A stretch of DNA of 64,000 nucleotides from Thermodesulfobacteriota bacterium (GCA_965202785.1 OZ241855.1:64001-128000), one strand, 5' to 3'. Shown: positions 8,836-18,068, numbered from the stretch's first letter. Program-made: numbers and translations. Notes: generated from the letters alone by a model not told the origin.

Positions 8836-10571
8836 GTGATACTGTTAAAAGTTCACCGGCGGAAGAGGCTAGCGAGCGCGCCTTGGATGAAGTGTACAAA
8901 AGTATTGAACGAGGTCAGAGCTTCAAACTGGAAGCTGGAGCGGGTGCCGGCAAAACATATTCGCTAGCGGAGGCGTTAAAGTTTCTAACCAAACGCGAGG
9001 GAAACCTTCTGAGGCGATTGAATCAGCGTATTGCTTGTATCACATTTACCAATATTGCCAAAGATCAGATTGACGCGCGAACGGACCGGAATCCGCTTAT
9101 CTGTTGTGACACGATTCATGGTTTCTGCTGGTCAACTATCTCGGGTTTTCAAAGACATCTCCGTATCCTACTACCAGAAATTGATAAATGGGAAGAGCGT
9201 CTTAACGAGGCGGGCGGTGTGGGTATACGCAAGATCGACTATTCGCTTGGCTACAGGGAGATTGCTGATGATAAGATTTCCATACATCACGACGATGTTC
9301 TGGTCTTGAAGATCAAACTTCTTGCGTACGAAAAATTCCGCTTACTTTTTACATACCGTTACCCAATCATTCTTATCGATGAGTACCAAGACACAAATAC
9401 TGATTGGATAGATGCCATCAAGGAACATTTTTTAGGACAGGAGGATGCACCTCTTTTCGGATTTTTTGGCGACCATTGGCAGAAGATATATGGAAACGGG
9501 TGTGGGCAACTCATTCATCCTGCTCTTAGAGAAATTGGCAAAGAGGCGAATTTTCGTTCGGTTTCGGCGGTGGTCGATTGCCTTAACCGTATGCGTCCAG
9601 AACTGCCGCAATTTGTTGTTGACCCGAAAGAAAGGGGTGAGGTCTATGTGTTCCACACAAACAACTGGAGGGGGGGACGCCGAACTGGACCACATCACGG
9701 TGGTGATCTTCCCGCCGAAGCAGTTAGTCCTGCGCTGGATTCGGTAAAGCAACGTTTGACTGAATGCGGATGGGGGTTTTCCGCAACACAGACTAAAATT
9801 CTGATGCTAACACATCGCGCTTTGGCTGCTCAGCAGGGTTACAATGCCTTACCGTTCGTTTTTCGTAATAATGACTCGTTTACAAAGAAAGAACAGCCTC
9901 ATATCGCATTTTTTGTTAATCAATTGGAACCAGCATGCAGTGCCTTTACCGAAAAAAAATATGGCAAAATGTTTGAGGCTCTTGGGATTAACAAGAAATA
10001 CATTTTAGAAATCACGGACAAAAACAGGTGGGCTAAGTCAATGAACCGGCTATTAGAATTACGTGAAAAAGGCACAGTAGCTGAAGTTATGAGTCATCTG
10101 CGTAAAACTAAGTTGCCCCAATTACCGGAATCCGTGGAACATCTTGAAAAACAACTCGAAGCCTTTGACCAAGAAAGCGGGGAAGAGATGCCACGAGCGC
10201 TTACAGAGCTTTCTAAACTTCATCCTGTAAATTACCAGGAAATTGTATCATTAACGGATTACCTGGAAGGACATTCCCCCTTTGAAACGAAACATGGGGT
10301 AAAAGGTGCAGAATTTGAAAATGTTTTAGTTGTGATAGGCCGGGGCTGGAACCAGTACAATTTTGTGGAAATGCTTGCCTTAGCTCAAAAAGGCGACTTG
10401 CAGGGTACAGAAAAAAATATGTTCGAGAGAAATCGCAATCTTTTTTACGTGACATGTTCTCGTCCGAAGAAACGACTGGCCTTGCTCTTTACGCAAGAAA
10501 TATCAGAAGACGCCATGCGGACAGTTGAGACTTGGTTTGGTGCTGACAATATTCATTCTGTGGAATTTTAG
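8832..10571 (+). CDS. gajB: UvrD/SF1A helicase-like protein (Gabija GajB-like)
   Basis: AGAGAGKT, ITFTN, TIHGF, ILIDEYQD, FGDHWQKIY, NFRS, TKHGVKGAEF, YVTCSR; ATGA overlap with the OLD nuclease gene. Confidence 0.82.
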   Translation: MSDTVKSSPAEEASERALDEVYKSIERGQSFKLEAGAGAGKTYSLAEALKFLTKREGNLLRRLNQRIACITFTNIAKDQIDARTDRNPLICCDTIHGFCWSTISGFQRHLRILLPEIDKWEERLNEAGGVGIRKIDYSLGYREIADDKISIHHDDVLVLKIKLLAYEKFRLLFTYRYPIILIDEYQDTNTDWIDAIKEHFLGQEDAPLFGFFGDHWQKIYGNGCGQLIHPALREIGKEANFRSVSAVVDCLNRMRPELPQFVVDPKERGEVYVFHTNNWRGGRRTGPHHGGDLPAEAVSPALDSVKQRLTECGWGFSATQTKILMLTHRALAAQQGYNALPFVFRNNDSFTKKEQPHIAFFVNQLEPACSAFTEKKYGKMFEALGINKKYILEITDKNRWAKSMNRLLELREKGTVAEVMSHLRKTKLPQLPESVEHLEKQLEAFDQESGEEMPRALTELSKLHPVNYQEIVSLTDYLEGHSPFETKHGVKGAEFENVLVVIGRGWNQYNFVEMLALAQKGDLQGTEKNMFERNRNLFYVTCSRPKKRLALLFTQEISEDAMRTVETWFGADNIHSVEF

Positions 10572-10835
10572 AATTGCGAGAGAAATTATTGTGAGAAGGT
10601 GCAGAAAACGGTACGGGTGGCAAGAGAGTAGTAAGACTCCTTGAAGAAAGGTTTTGGTACAAAGCGTATGATTTCTATATAGAATTTTATAACTGTACAA
10701 ATGGTTTTTGTAATTAACAGATAGGTCTACTGTGACAAGAGTTATTGTCCACATAAGTGCTTTTGGATTGTAAATCTATCAATCTTTTCAGTCGGTTATC
10801 TTCAAGTGTGCAAAATGGGTAACTGAAGAGTTTTC

Positions 10836-10864
10836 TGTTATATTAAATGCGCTGTGTGACACAC
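10836..10864 (+). promoter_or_regulatory. Extended -10 promoter plus palindrome upstream of the 504-aa gene
   Basis: TGtTATATT at 10836-10844; GTGTG-A-CACAC at 10854-10864. Confidence 0.4.
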
Positions 10865-10874
10865 GATATTTTTC

Positions 10875-12389
10875 ATGAGCGACAGCATTGAAAGTTATTT
10901 AAAATTACATGGTCCGAGTCTATCTAGCGAGATAAGTAACCACCTCGTGAGAACTCAAAACATTACACCGGCAACAGCACGAAAACGCATTTCTCGAGCA
11001 AAAACAACGGGTAAAGTACACCACCTTACACATATTACCTTTCCCCAAAGAACGCATTTTATTTATCTGGGGCACCAGTTCGGTTCCCAGTTGTTCTGGG
11101 AGAAACTAATTGAGGTATTGCTACAACAGAATTCTGCATATGGGTTAGCGATTGCTGCTGTTCGGCAGCGCAGGGGCTTGGTCCCACTCAAACATTTTGC
11201 AATAGCGTGTGGTGCACCATTAAAGCAGGCACGCCATCTTTCTCCAGATACAATTTTTCAGCGTTTGGAAAAAACAGGTCTTTTATGGAAAACGGATTTC
11301 CCTGGTGTTGGGGAATGTATATTGCTTGTACAACCCGATAGCAATTACGACTCAATAGTAGCTTATACGAGAACTCGCTTAATTACCGAGAAATTTTTGC
11401 TGCTTGCTATAAAAGATTGGCTGAAAAAGCTGGGTATTGTCAGCTACGATAAAGTTGAGATACGTGAAATCGAAACTCAACCTAAAGTCGGAACGTTTGT
11501 TTGGGACTTGACTGCCCCATCCTACCTCGGTTTTATGGCGAAGCCTCGTAAAGGCGGTAAAACCAAGCCTGGGTTTGTCACCTGTGATGTATGTTTAGGC
11601 GATGTTGTAAACTCAACTGGAATAAAGCCATTCATAAACAAGTGTGTTACTCTCAGGGCGCTTCAAAATATCGGCGCTTGTATGCAGATATTCGTTGCGG
11701 ATAAGTACACTCAAGATGCCTTCAATCTTCTAAAACAAAAGGGAATTATCCCTGCCACACCCCGCAACTTGTTCGGTGAAGAGGTAGCGGAAGGCCTAAC
11801 TGCGCTTTCAGAAGTACTTCGGAAAGCAGCCGAGACTGCTATTAATCCCCAGCAATTTGACCAACTGTTTGATAAACTTGGCAAGATAGAAGGTGCTTCT
11901 AGTCAACTGCGGGGTACGCTCTTTGAATATGTGGTTGCCGATGTGCTAAGAAAAAATGGTTCGAATCAAATTTTAATGAATCGGATTTTCAAGTCGGACG
12001 ATGAAAAGGAAGCGGAAGCCGACGTAATCTCCATTAAGGACAATCGTTCGGTCACTTTCGTAGAATGCAAGGGATATAATCCTGATAGTGAAGTACCTGA
12101 CAAATATTTGGAACGGTGGCTTCACCACAGCATTCCGATATTTTTCAAATGGATAAAGGCTCACCCCGACTGGAGAAACCTCGAAGTCTGTTTCGAATTC
12201 TGGACAACTGGCTCACTGTCCAAAGAAGCCTTGAAGATGTTTAATACCAATCAAAAGAAAATCAAAAAGTCCCGATACACGATAGAACTACTCCTAGGAC
12301 GTGAAATCCTTAGAACATGTAAGTCAACTAAAGACAAAGGGCTGGTTAACACATTCAAAAAACATTTCATGAAAATTTACTCGGAGTAA
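10875..12389 (+). CDS. Uncharacterised protein with predicted N-terminal winged-helix region and C-terminal PD-(D/E)XK nuclease domain
   Basis: 504-aa ORF in the island; C-terminal RGTLFE...EADV...VECKG nuclease motif; HGPSLSSEI...ITPATARKRISRA resembles an HTH. Confidence 0.75.
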   Translation: MSDSIESYLKLHGPSLSSEISNHLVRTQNITPATARKRISRAKTTGKVHHLTHITFPQRTHFIYLGHQFGSQLFWEKLIEVLLQQNSAYGLAIAAVRQRRGLVPLKHFAIACGAPLKQARHLSPDTIFQRLEKTGLLWKTDFPGVGECILLVQPDSNYDSIVAYTRTRLITEKFLLLAIKDWLKKLGIVSYDKVEIREIETQPKVGTFVWDLTAPSYLGFMAKPRKGGKTKPGFVTCDVCLGDVVNSTGIKPFINKCVTLRALQNIGACMQIFVADKYTQDAFNLLKQKGIIPATPRNLFGEEVAEGLTALSEVLRKAAETAINPQQFDQLFDKLGKIEGASSQLRGTLFEYVVADVLRKNGSNQILMNRIFKSDDEKEAEADVISIKDNRSVTFVECKGYNPDSEVPDKYLERWLHHSIPIFFKWIKAHPDWRNLEVCFEFWTTGSLSKEALKMFNTNQKKIKKSRYTIELLLGREILRTCKSTKDKGLVNTFKKHFMKIYSE

Positions 12390-12470
12390 GTCAACACTAT
12401 GCCCAATAAATTGAGAACGATTTCTCCCTTCCATCCGGTTTCTGGCCTTTGTGCAACTTGCAATGTACCC

Positions 12471-12490
12471 GACTGACAATGACTGACAAA
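12471..12490. repeat. Tandem GACTGACAA repeat with 10-bp period; candidate tyrosine-integrase arm site
   Basis: gactgacaat gactgacaaa about 185 bp inside the right repeat. Confidence 0.5.
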
Positions 12491-12673
12491 AATTATGTAT
12501 TGTTATTAGCGTGTAATTTAAATGACTAGAGCTTCGCCGTGAAACGAGAAACATATATAATGTCTCTTGAGAAAATTAACGGACGAATTGAAGAGCTTTA
12601 ATAAGAGAATTCGTGGCGCAAGGAAAAGAACTGTTCTTTGAAAAACTCAAACAAAGAACGAATTAAAGAAAAA

Positions 12674-12738
12674 CCCTTAATCCTAGTATTTGCGCAAACC
12701 CTCCGGAACAAACCACTCCCTGGTGTCAAATCCCAGCG
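12674..12738. repeat. Right copy of the 65-bp direct repeat (current oppA 3' end; att-like)
   Basis: 60/65 identical to 6420-6484. Confidence 0.92.
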
Positions 12739-14335
12739 GATAGAGTCTTACGTTGTGGAACCTTCTGTGCACGGCCACGGTGGATTTTCTCGCGAACAAA
12801 AACGTGTACGGCTGTTCCTCGTGAAGAATCCTTGAGAATTCCTCGTATTTTTTTATTCGCTCCGGCCTTGAGAACTCCTCTCTCGCCTCCTCAATCAGTA
12901 CATCCGCACGGGGGTTCTTAAAGCCCACGAAATTCGAGCCTTCCTCGGCCTGGGAGGAATGCCAGAGCTGGTAGGGATCGCTTTCCACTCCCAAGCTCCA
13001 CCCAAGGGTCACGGCATCGAATTTCCGCTCGGTTATGCTCTGGATAAAAACCGCCCACTCTATCTTTCTTATGCTCATCTCTATGCCGGAGCGGGAGAGC
13101 TCCTCTTTCAGTATGGTCGCTATCTTCTCACCGGTTTCAGAACCCGTGGGCAGCAGAAACTCGAAACGGAAAGAAACGCCGTCCTTGTCCCTTATTCCAT
13201 CACCGTCGCTGTCGCGCCACCCCGCCTCGTCAAGAAGCGCCCTAGCCCTCTTCGGGTCATAGGCGTACGGCTTCACGTCTTTTGGGTATTCGGGGCTGTT
13301 CACGAAAAAAGTCGTGGTCACTATTTCTCCGAGACCCAGCAGAATCTCTCTCAGTATGGTTTCCCTGTCGACAAAATGGGTCATCGCCCGCCTTACCCTT
13401 TTATCGCTGAAAAAAGGCTTCCTCGAATTCCACCCTATGTAGTTGTAGCCCGGGGTCGTATAGGAGGACCTGTAGAACTTTTTCCGAAACGGTTTCCCGC
13501 AGCTCTGCTTTGACCACTGAAGCGGAAGAAGACCCCCGTAGTCAAGCTCCTGTTTTTTTAGGAGCTGAAGCTTCACCGTGGGGTCAAGCACTACCTTGTA
13601 GACCACTTCACTAAGCAACGCGGGCTCGCCCCAGTAACCGGGGTTTTTCCTGACCCTGATCTCCCTTCCCGTCTCCCAGTGCTCAAAGACGTAAGGCCCC
13701 GTCCCGACGGGTCTTCTGCCGGCGGGATTAGTGTTGAAATCTCCTTTCCCGAACACGTGCTTAGGCACTATGGGAATTCCCCCGCAGAACTCAAAAGCGC
13801 GGAAGTAGGGTTTTTCGTACTCGCATCTGACGGTATGGGAATCAATCTTGGTGTAGGACTTTACGTCCTGATAGTAGCTCTGGAGGTGAGCGGCGGCGAC
13901 TTTCGGATTCCTTATGGATTCATAGGAAAAAACCACGTCATCGGCGGTAAAAGGAGTGCCGTCATGCCATTTTACGTCTTTTCTGAGGTAAAAAGTGTAG
14001 GAAAGCCGGTTCTCTGAAACTTCCCAGGAACTTGCGAGAAAGGGCTCGAACTCAAGGGTTTCGTTATTCCTTCTTACAAGCCTCTCGTAGATTCCGCCGT
14101 TAACGATGCCTTCGTAAACATCCGTGGCTATAACGGGGTTGAGGGTTGCCGGCTCCTCGCCGAGTTCCCTTATAAGCAAATCCCCGGCGGAAAAAGCCTT
14201 CGGGTCAGCATTGCCTGTAAGTGAGGCGTTATCGTTTTTATCCTGACAGTCCGTGCTCCGGGAGCATCCGGCAGAGAAGAACCCCGCAGACGCGACCAGC
14301 AACGCGAGTGCAAAGAGACGCAGAAATTTTCCCAT
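12683..14335 (-). CDS. oppA: Peptide ABC transporter substrate-binding lipoprotein (family 5, OppA/AppA-like)
   Basis: Lipobox FSAGC, FYLRKDVKWHDGTPFTADDVVFS, PVGTGPY, DKRVRRAM, LLDEAGW. Confidence 0.93.
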   Translation of the reverse strand: MGKFLRLFALALLVASAGFFSAGCSRSTDCQDKNDNASLTGNADPKAFSAGDLLIRELGEEPATLNPVIATDVYEGIVNGGIYERLVRRNNETLEFEPFLASSWEVSENRLSYTFYLRKDVKWHDGTPFTADDVVFSYESIRNPKVAAAHLQSYYQDVKSYTKIDSHTVRCEYEKPYFRAFEFCGGIPIVPKHVFGKGDFNTNPAGRRPVGTGPYVFEHWETGREIRVRKNPGYWGEPALLSEVVYKVVLDPTVKLQLLKKQELDYGGLLPLQWSKQSCGKPFRKKFYRSSYTTPGYNYIGWNSRKPFFSDKRVRRAMTHFVDRETILREILLGLGEIVTTTFFVNSPEYPKDVKPYAYDPKRARALLDEAGWRDSDGDGIRDKDGVSFRFEFLLPTGSETGEKIATILKEELSRSGIEMSIRKIEWAVFIQSITERKFDAVTLGWSLGVESDPYQLWHSSQAEEGSNFVGFKNPRADVLIEEAREEFSRPERIKKYEEFSRILHEEQPYTFLFARKSTVAVHRRFHNVRLYPLGFDTREWFVPEGLRKY

Positions 14336-14378
14336 GAAGTTTTTACAAAGAGTTTCGGTCCGGCAGAAAGCTTATGAA

Positions 14379-15131
14379 TCAGTCCTTTTCGTCTTTTGGC
14401 GAAAAGGCCTTCAACATGTCAATCGGAAGAGGCAGGATGATGGTTGAAGCCTTCTCGGAAGACACGTCGTTTATCGTCTGAAGGAACCTTAGCTGAAGAG
14501 AAACCGGATTTGCGGCCAGTATTTCTGAGGCTTCCGCAATCTTGGTCGATGCCTGGAACTCTCCCTCGGCGCTTATAACCTTCGCCCTTCTCTCCCTCTC
14601 GGCCTCCGCCTGCTTGGCCATCGCTCTCTGCATTTCCTGCGGGAGGTCAACGTACTTAACCTCAACCATGGTAACCTTGATTCCCCAAGCGTCGGTCTGT
14701 TTGTCGAGGACTTCCTGGAGCTTGACGTTAAGTTTTTCCCTCTCGGAGAGAAGCTCATCGAGCTCTACCTGCCCGAGGATGCTCCTCAGGGTTGTCTGGG
14801 CAAGCTGGGAAGTGGCGTAGAGATAGTTTTCAACCTGAAGGATCGCCCTGTTCGGCTCAACCACCCTGAAATAGACAACCGCGTTTACCTTTACCGAAAC
14901 GTTATCCTTGGTTATCACGTCCTGAGGAGGCACGTCCATGGTTACAAGCCGCAGACTTACCCTCACCATTCTCTCAAGAAACGGGATGACGATTATGAAT
15001 CCGGGACCCCTGACTCCGACTATCCTTCCGAGACGGAATATCACGCCTCTTTCGTATTCATAGAGGATCTTAAGTCCCGAGATAACTATTAGAAAAACAA
15101 TTACAAGAACTACAATCGCGGTTATCGACAT
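14379..15131 (-). CDS. Slipin/stomatin (SPFH, band 7) protein
   Basis: N-terminal [37 protein letters not shown]. Confidence 0.93.
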   Translation of the reverse strand: MSITAIVVLVIVFLIVISGLKILYEYERGVIFRLGRIVGVRGPGFIIVIPFLERMVRVSLRLVTMDVPPQDVITKDNVSVKVNAVVYFRVVEPNRAILQVENYLYATSQLAQTTLRSILGQVELDELLSEREKLNVKLQEVLDKQTDAWGIKVTMVEVKYVDLPQEMQRAMAKQAEAERERRAKVISAEGEFQASTKIAEASEILAANPVSLQLRFLQTINDVSSEKASTIILPLPIDMLKAFSPKDEKD

Positions 15132-15137
15132 TGTGCG

Positions 15138-16514
15138 TCACTGTTTGTCGTCATAATCTGAAACCCTGACGACGAGATCTCCTGTGCTCTCTATTACCTT
15201 TACTTTTTCCCCGGGTGAAAACTCGCGCTCCCCCGTCGCTTCCCAGTACTCTCCCCCGATGTAAACCTTTCCGCTTTTCTGAGACCAGGAAACAACTTCC
15301 CCCTTCTGACCTACCATCCCCTCGAAACCGCCCTGAATGGGAACTTTGAACGATTTCACGCCTAAATATACAATAAAAACCGAGAGCAATCCAATGGCTA
15401 CGGCCACTGCTGCTATGGTCCCCGTGCTCACGCCGAGATCAGATTCCGGCGTATCGAAAAGCAGAAGCCCCCCGAACACAAGGCACGCAAGCGCAGCAAG
15501 GCTCAAAAGGCCGTAACTCGTCACGTACACCTCCGATATCAAAAGCGCCATGGCGACGAAAAGCAGTATGAGGCCAGCGTAGTTAAAAGGAAGAATCTGA
15601 AGGGAGACAAACCCTACGAGCAGCGCAATAAGTCCGGCGACTCCGGGGAAAATCAGTCCCGGGTTGTAGAACTCAAGAAATATTCCGAGCGAACCCAGGG
15701 AGAGAAGCAGAAACGCTATATCCGGAGTGCTGAGAATATTGACTACCTTCTGCCGCAGGCTCATCTCAAGGCGCTGCGTCTTCGCTCCGGCCGTCTCAAG
15801 GCGGACGCTCTGGCCGCTAGCTTTTACTTCCTTTCCGTCTATCTCGGAAAGAAGTGAAGGAATATCGGGGGATATGATGTCAATCACGTTTTTGCTAAGC
15901 GCCTCATCGGCGGTCACCGAAACGCTTTTTCTTACTGAATCGACGGCCCATTCCGTGTTTCTTCCTCTCTCCTTCGCTATGCTCTCCATAAAAGACGATG
16001 CGAAATTCTCGATTTTTTCGTTCATCACGTCAGAAGACTTATCGTCTTTCTTTTTTTCAGGCTTCCCCGGGCCCCTCTGGCCACCCCCCAGCATCACGGG
16101 ATGAGCCGCTCCTATGCTGGTTCCGGGAGACATGGCCGCCACGTGGGCGGATAGCGTGATGAAAACTCCCGCGGAAGTAGCCGTCGCTCCCCTCGGGTAG
16201 ACGTAGACTATCACCGGAACCTCGGAATTAAGAATGACCTTCACTATATCTTTCGTGGAATTGAGAAGCCCTCCGGGAGTATCCAAGAGAATAAGCAGGG
16301 CAGTGGCATTGCGGGCCCGCGCTTCTGAGAGACCGGTTTTAATGTAGTCCACAGTCGAGGGGTTTATGGAACCGTTTATCTCGATCTCGACTATTTCTCC
16401 CGTCCGGGGAGAAGCTTCCGGGTCGGCGGCGGATACCTGGTAACCCAGAATCGCAGAAAGAATCAGAAAAAAGACTGAAATGCGCAGAAGCGAACTTCCG
16501 CCCGCTTGCGGCAT
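15138..16514 (-). CDS. nfeD: NfeD membrane-bound serine protease (ClpP class)
   Basis: LDTPGG, ATSAG, IGAAHP, TM block, C-terminal OB fold (GEYWEA); canonical pairing with slipin; start uncertain (ORF opens at 16625). Confidence 0.88.
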   Translation of the reverse strand: MPQAGGSSLLRISVFFLILSAILGYQVSAADPEASPRTGEIVEIEINGSINPSTVDYIKTGLSEARARNATALLILLDTPGGLLNSTKDIVKVILNSEVPVIVYVYPRGATATSAGVFITLSAHVAAMSPGTSIGAAHPVMLGGGQRGPGKPEKKKDDKSSDVMNEKIENFASSFMESIAKERGRNTEWAVDSVRKSVSVTADEALSKNVIDIISPDIPSLLSEIDGKEVKASGQSVRLETAGAKTQRLEMSLRQKVVNILSTPDIAFLLLSLGSLGIFLEFYNPGLIFPGVAGLIALLVGFVSLQILPFNYAGLILLFVAMALLISEVYVTSYGLLSLAALACLVFGGLLLFDTPESDLGVSTGTIAAVAVAIGLLSVFIVYLGVKSFKVPIQGGFEGMVGQKGEVVSWSQKSGKVYIGGEYWEATGEREFSPGEKVKVIESTGDLVVRVSDYDDKQ

Positions 16515-16719
16515 AACCCCTTTTCGTCTGGACCTGCGGGCCGGGGAATCAAACCTCAGCCGATTCCCCTGATAATTCCCCGAGAGCCTTTGACATTGTC
16601 TCAAAAAACAACGTATCATTTTCACTCAATAAATATTTTAACACAGCAGATAAATCCGGCATTAATGACACGGAATTCACAGGCTTGCCGCTTTTCTATA
16701 AGGCAAGAATTTAGAGCCC

Positions 16720-17337
16720 ATGCCCAAGATAAAATATACGACTAAAGAACTTAAGCGCCCCGACAAGTTCAGAGAGTTCCTGGCGGAATCCCTTGAAGGT
16801 CTCTCGGAACACTTCAACAAGATACTTATCGGCATAGGCGTCATAGCAGTGGCTCTGCTCGCAGTCTGCTTTGTTTCCTCGCAACAGGAAGAAAAAGACC
16901 TCTTGGCAAACAAGCAGTTCCGCAAGGCTGTTATGAGCTACAACAGCGGAGAAATGGAGACTTCTCTTTCACAACTGCAAACGTTGCGTGAGGAACATTC
17001 CGGAACCGAGGTGTCGGTTCTGGCTCTTTACCAGATAGGAATGATCAATTATCAGCTTGGGAACTTTGAAGAAGCGATAAAAAATCTTGAGCTTTTCCTC
17101 GATGATGATCCCGAAGACGGTATTTTCCGCGATGGCGCAAATCTAGTGATCGGGCTGTCCGCTTTCGAGCTTGAGAAATGGGACAAGAGCATAGAATACT
17201 TCTCCGAAGTGGACAGAAGTGAGAGCCCTTACTACATCCAAGCGAGAAGGCAGTTGAGTCTTGTGTACGAAAAGACTGGAGAACCCGAGAAAGCGGAGAA
17301 AATTCGTAGCGAGACGCCAAGCGACGCTGGTCTATAA
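16720..17337 (+). CDS. Membrane-anchored TPR protein (YfgM-like)
   Basis: KELKRPDKF N-terminus, single TM, TPR-like helical repeats. Confidence 0.75.
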   Translation: MPKIKYTTKELKRPDKFREFLAESLEGLSEHFNKILIGIGVIAVALLAVCFVSSQQEEKDLLANKQFRKAVMSYNSGEMETSLSQLQTLREEHSGTEVSVLALYQIGMINYQLGNFEEAIKNLELFLDDDPEDGIFRDGANLVIGLSAFELEKWDKSIEYFSEVDRSESPYYIQARRQLSLVYEKTGEPEKAEKIRSETPSDAGL

Positions 17338-17579
17338 ACTGACCCAGAACCAAAATAAAAACAATCCGCTAAGACAAATATTTGTGTAAAAAGCCAGGGT
17401 CGCTCTCTTCGGAGAGCTTGGTGGCAAGTGATATTTCCGGGAGAGCGAGAACTGTTCAAAGCGTGGTTAGCAGCGGGATTATGTTACAAAAGCCGCAATG
17501 TTGTCAGGATTGATGACGACGGAAGATCAGTGAGTAGGTAAGCTCTTAATGTCCAAATTGTATTAACAGGGGAGAGACT

Positions 17580-18068
17580 ATGAAACGAATTTCTCTGATT
17601 TTACTCTTGTCATTCTGTACAATAGTTCCCAAAGCACAAGCGGAACCAATTGAAGAAACATTTGAGCGATTTGGGCTTTTCACTGGCTGTGCGTCAATTG
17701 GTCTATCCGTAAGAGAGTTGCCAGCGGATGCTAAGAAAATAAACTTGACAGAAAATGCTATTAAAAACTCTGTGGAATCAAGATTACGTTCCGGCCGGAT
17801 TTTCAATAATGAATTGCTTCCTTATAGCTTAGATGTGGGTGTGAACGTAGTTGGACACTCATTCAGTATAAATCTCGGATTCTACAAACCTGTCAGGGAC
17901 TTGAACTTTCCCGAATTATTAGGTGTTGCAGCTTCTTGGGAAAGAGGGTCGACCGGTACACACGGCGGAAGTGCAAACTTCATTTTATCAGGACTTTCAC
18001 AAAAGGTTGACGAGTTCTTAGTTGAGTATTTTAGAATTAATGAGAAAGCCTGTAATAAAACTCGGTAA
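17580..18068 (+). CDS. Hypothetical secreted protein
   Basis: Signal peptide (AQA cleavage), SD GGGGAG, AT-richer codon usage, two Cys in the mature part. Confidence 0.7.
   Translation: MKRISLILLLSFCTIVPKAQAEPIEETFERFGLFTGCASIGLSVRELPADAKKINLTENAIKNSVESRLRSGRIFNNELLPYSLDVGVNVVGHSFSINLGFYKPVRDLNFPELLGVAASWERGSTGTHGGSANFILSGLSQKVDEFLVEYFRINEKACNKTR

Larger units (their letters stand above)
6420..12738. mobile_element. Genomic (defence) island inserted in the 3' end of oppA; no integrase present
   Basis: Flanking 65-bp direct repeats, visibly AT-richer sequence than the flanks, defence-type cargo, tandem GACTGACAA repeat near the right end. Confidence 0.82.

Noticed and set aside
10745-10753. 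TTGTCCACA, DnaA-box-like, in the AT-rich island spacer
   Set aside because: Single near-consensus box with no cluster or replication gene; likely chance.
12560-12666. Short broken reading frames near the island's right end (MSLEKINGRIEEL*, REFVAQGKELFFEKLKQRTN*)
   Set aside because: Too short to assign; no integrase or excisionase motif recognisable.
17419-17428. TGGTGGCAAG as a possible duplicated tRNA-Leu 3' end
   Set aside because: Only the first 5 nt match TGGTGCCGAAG contiguously; not significant.
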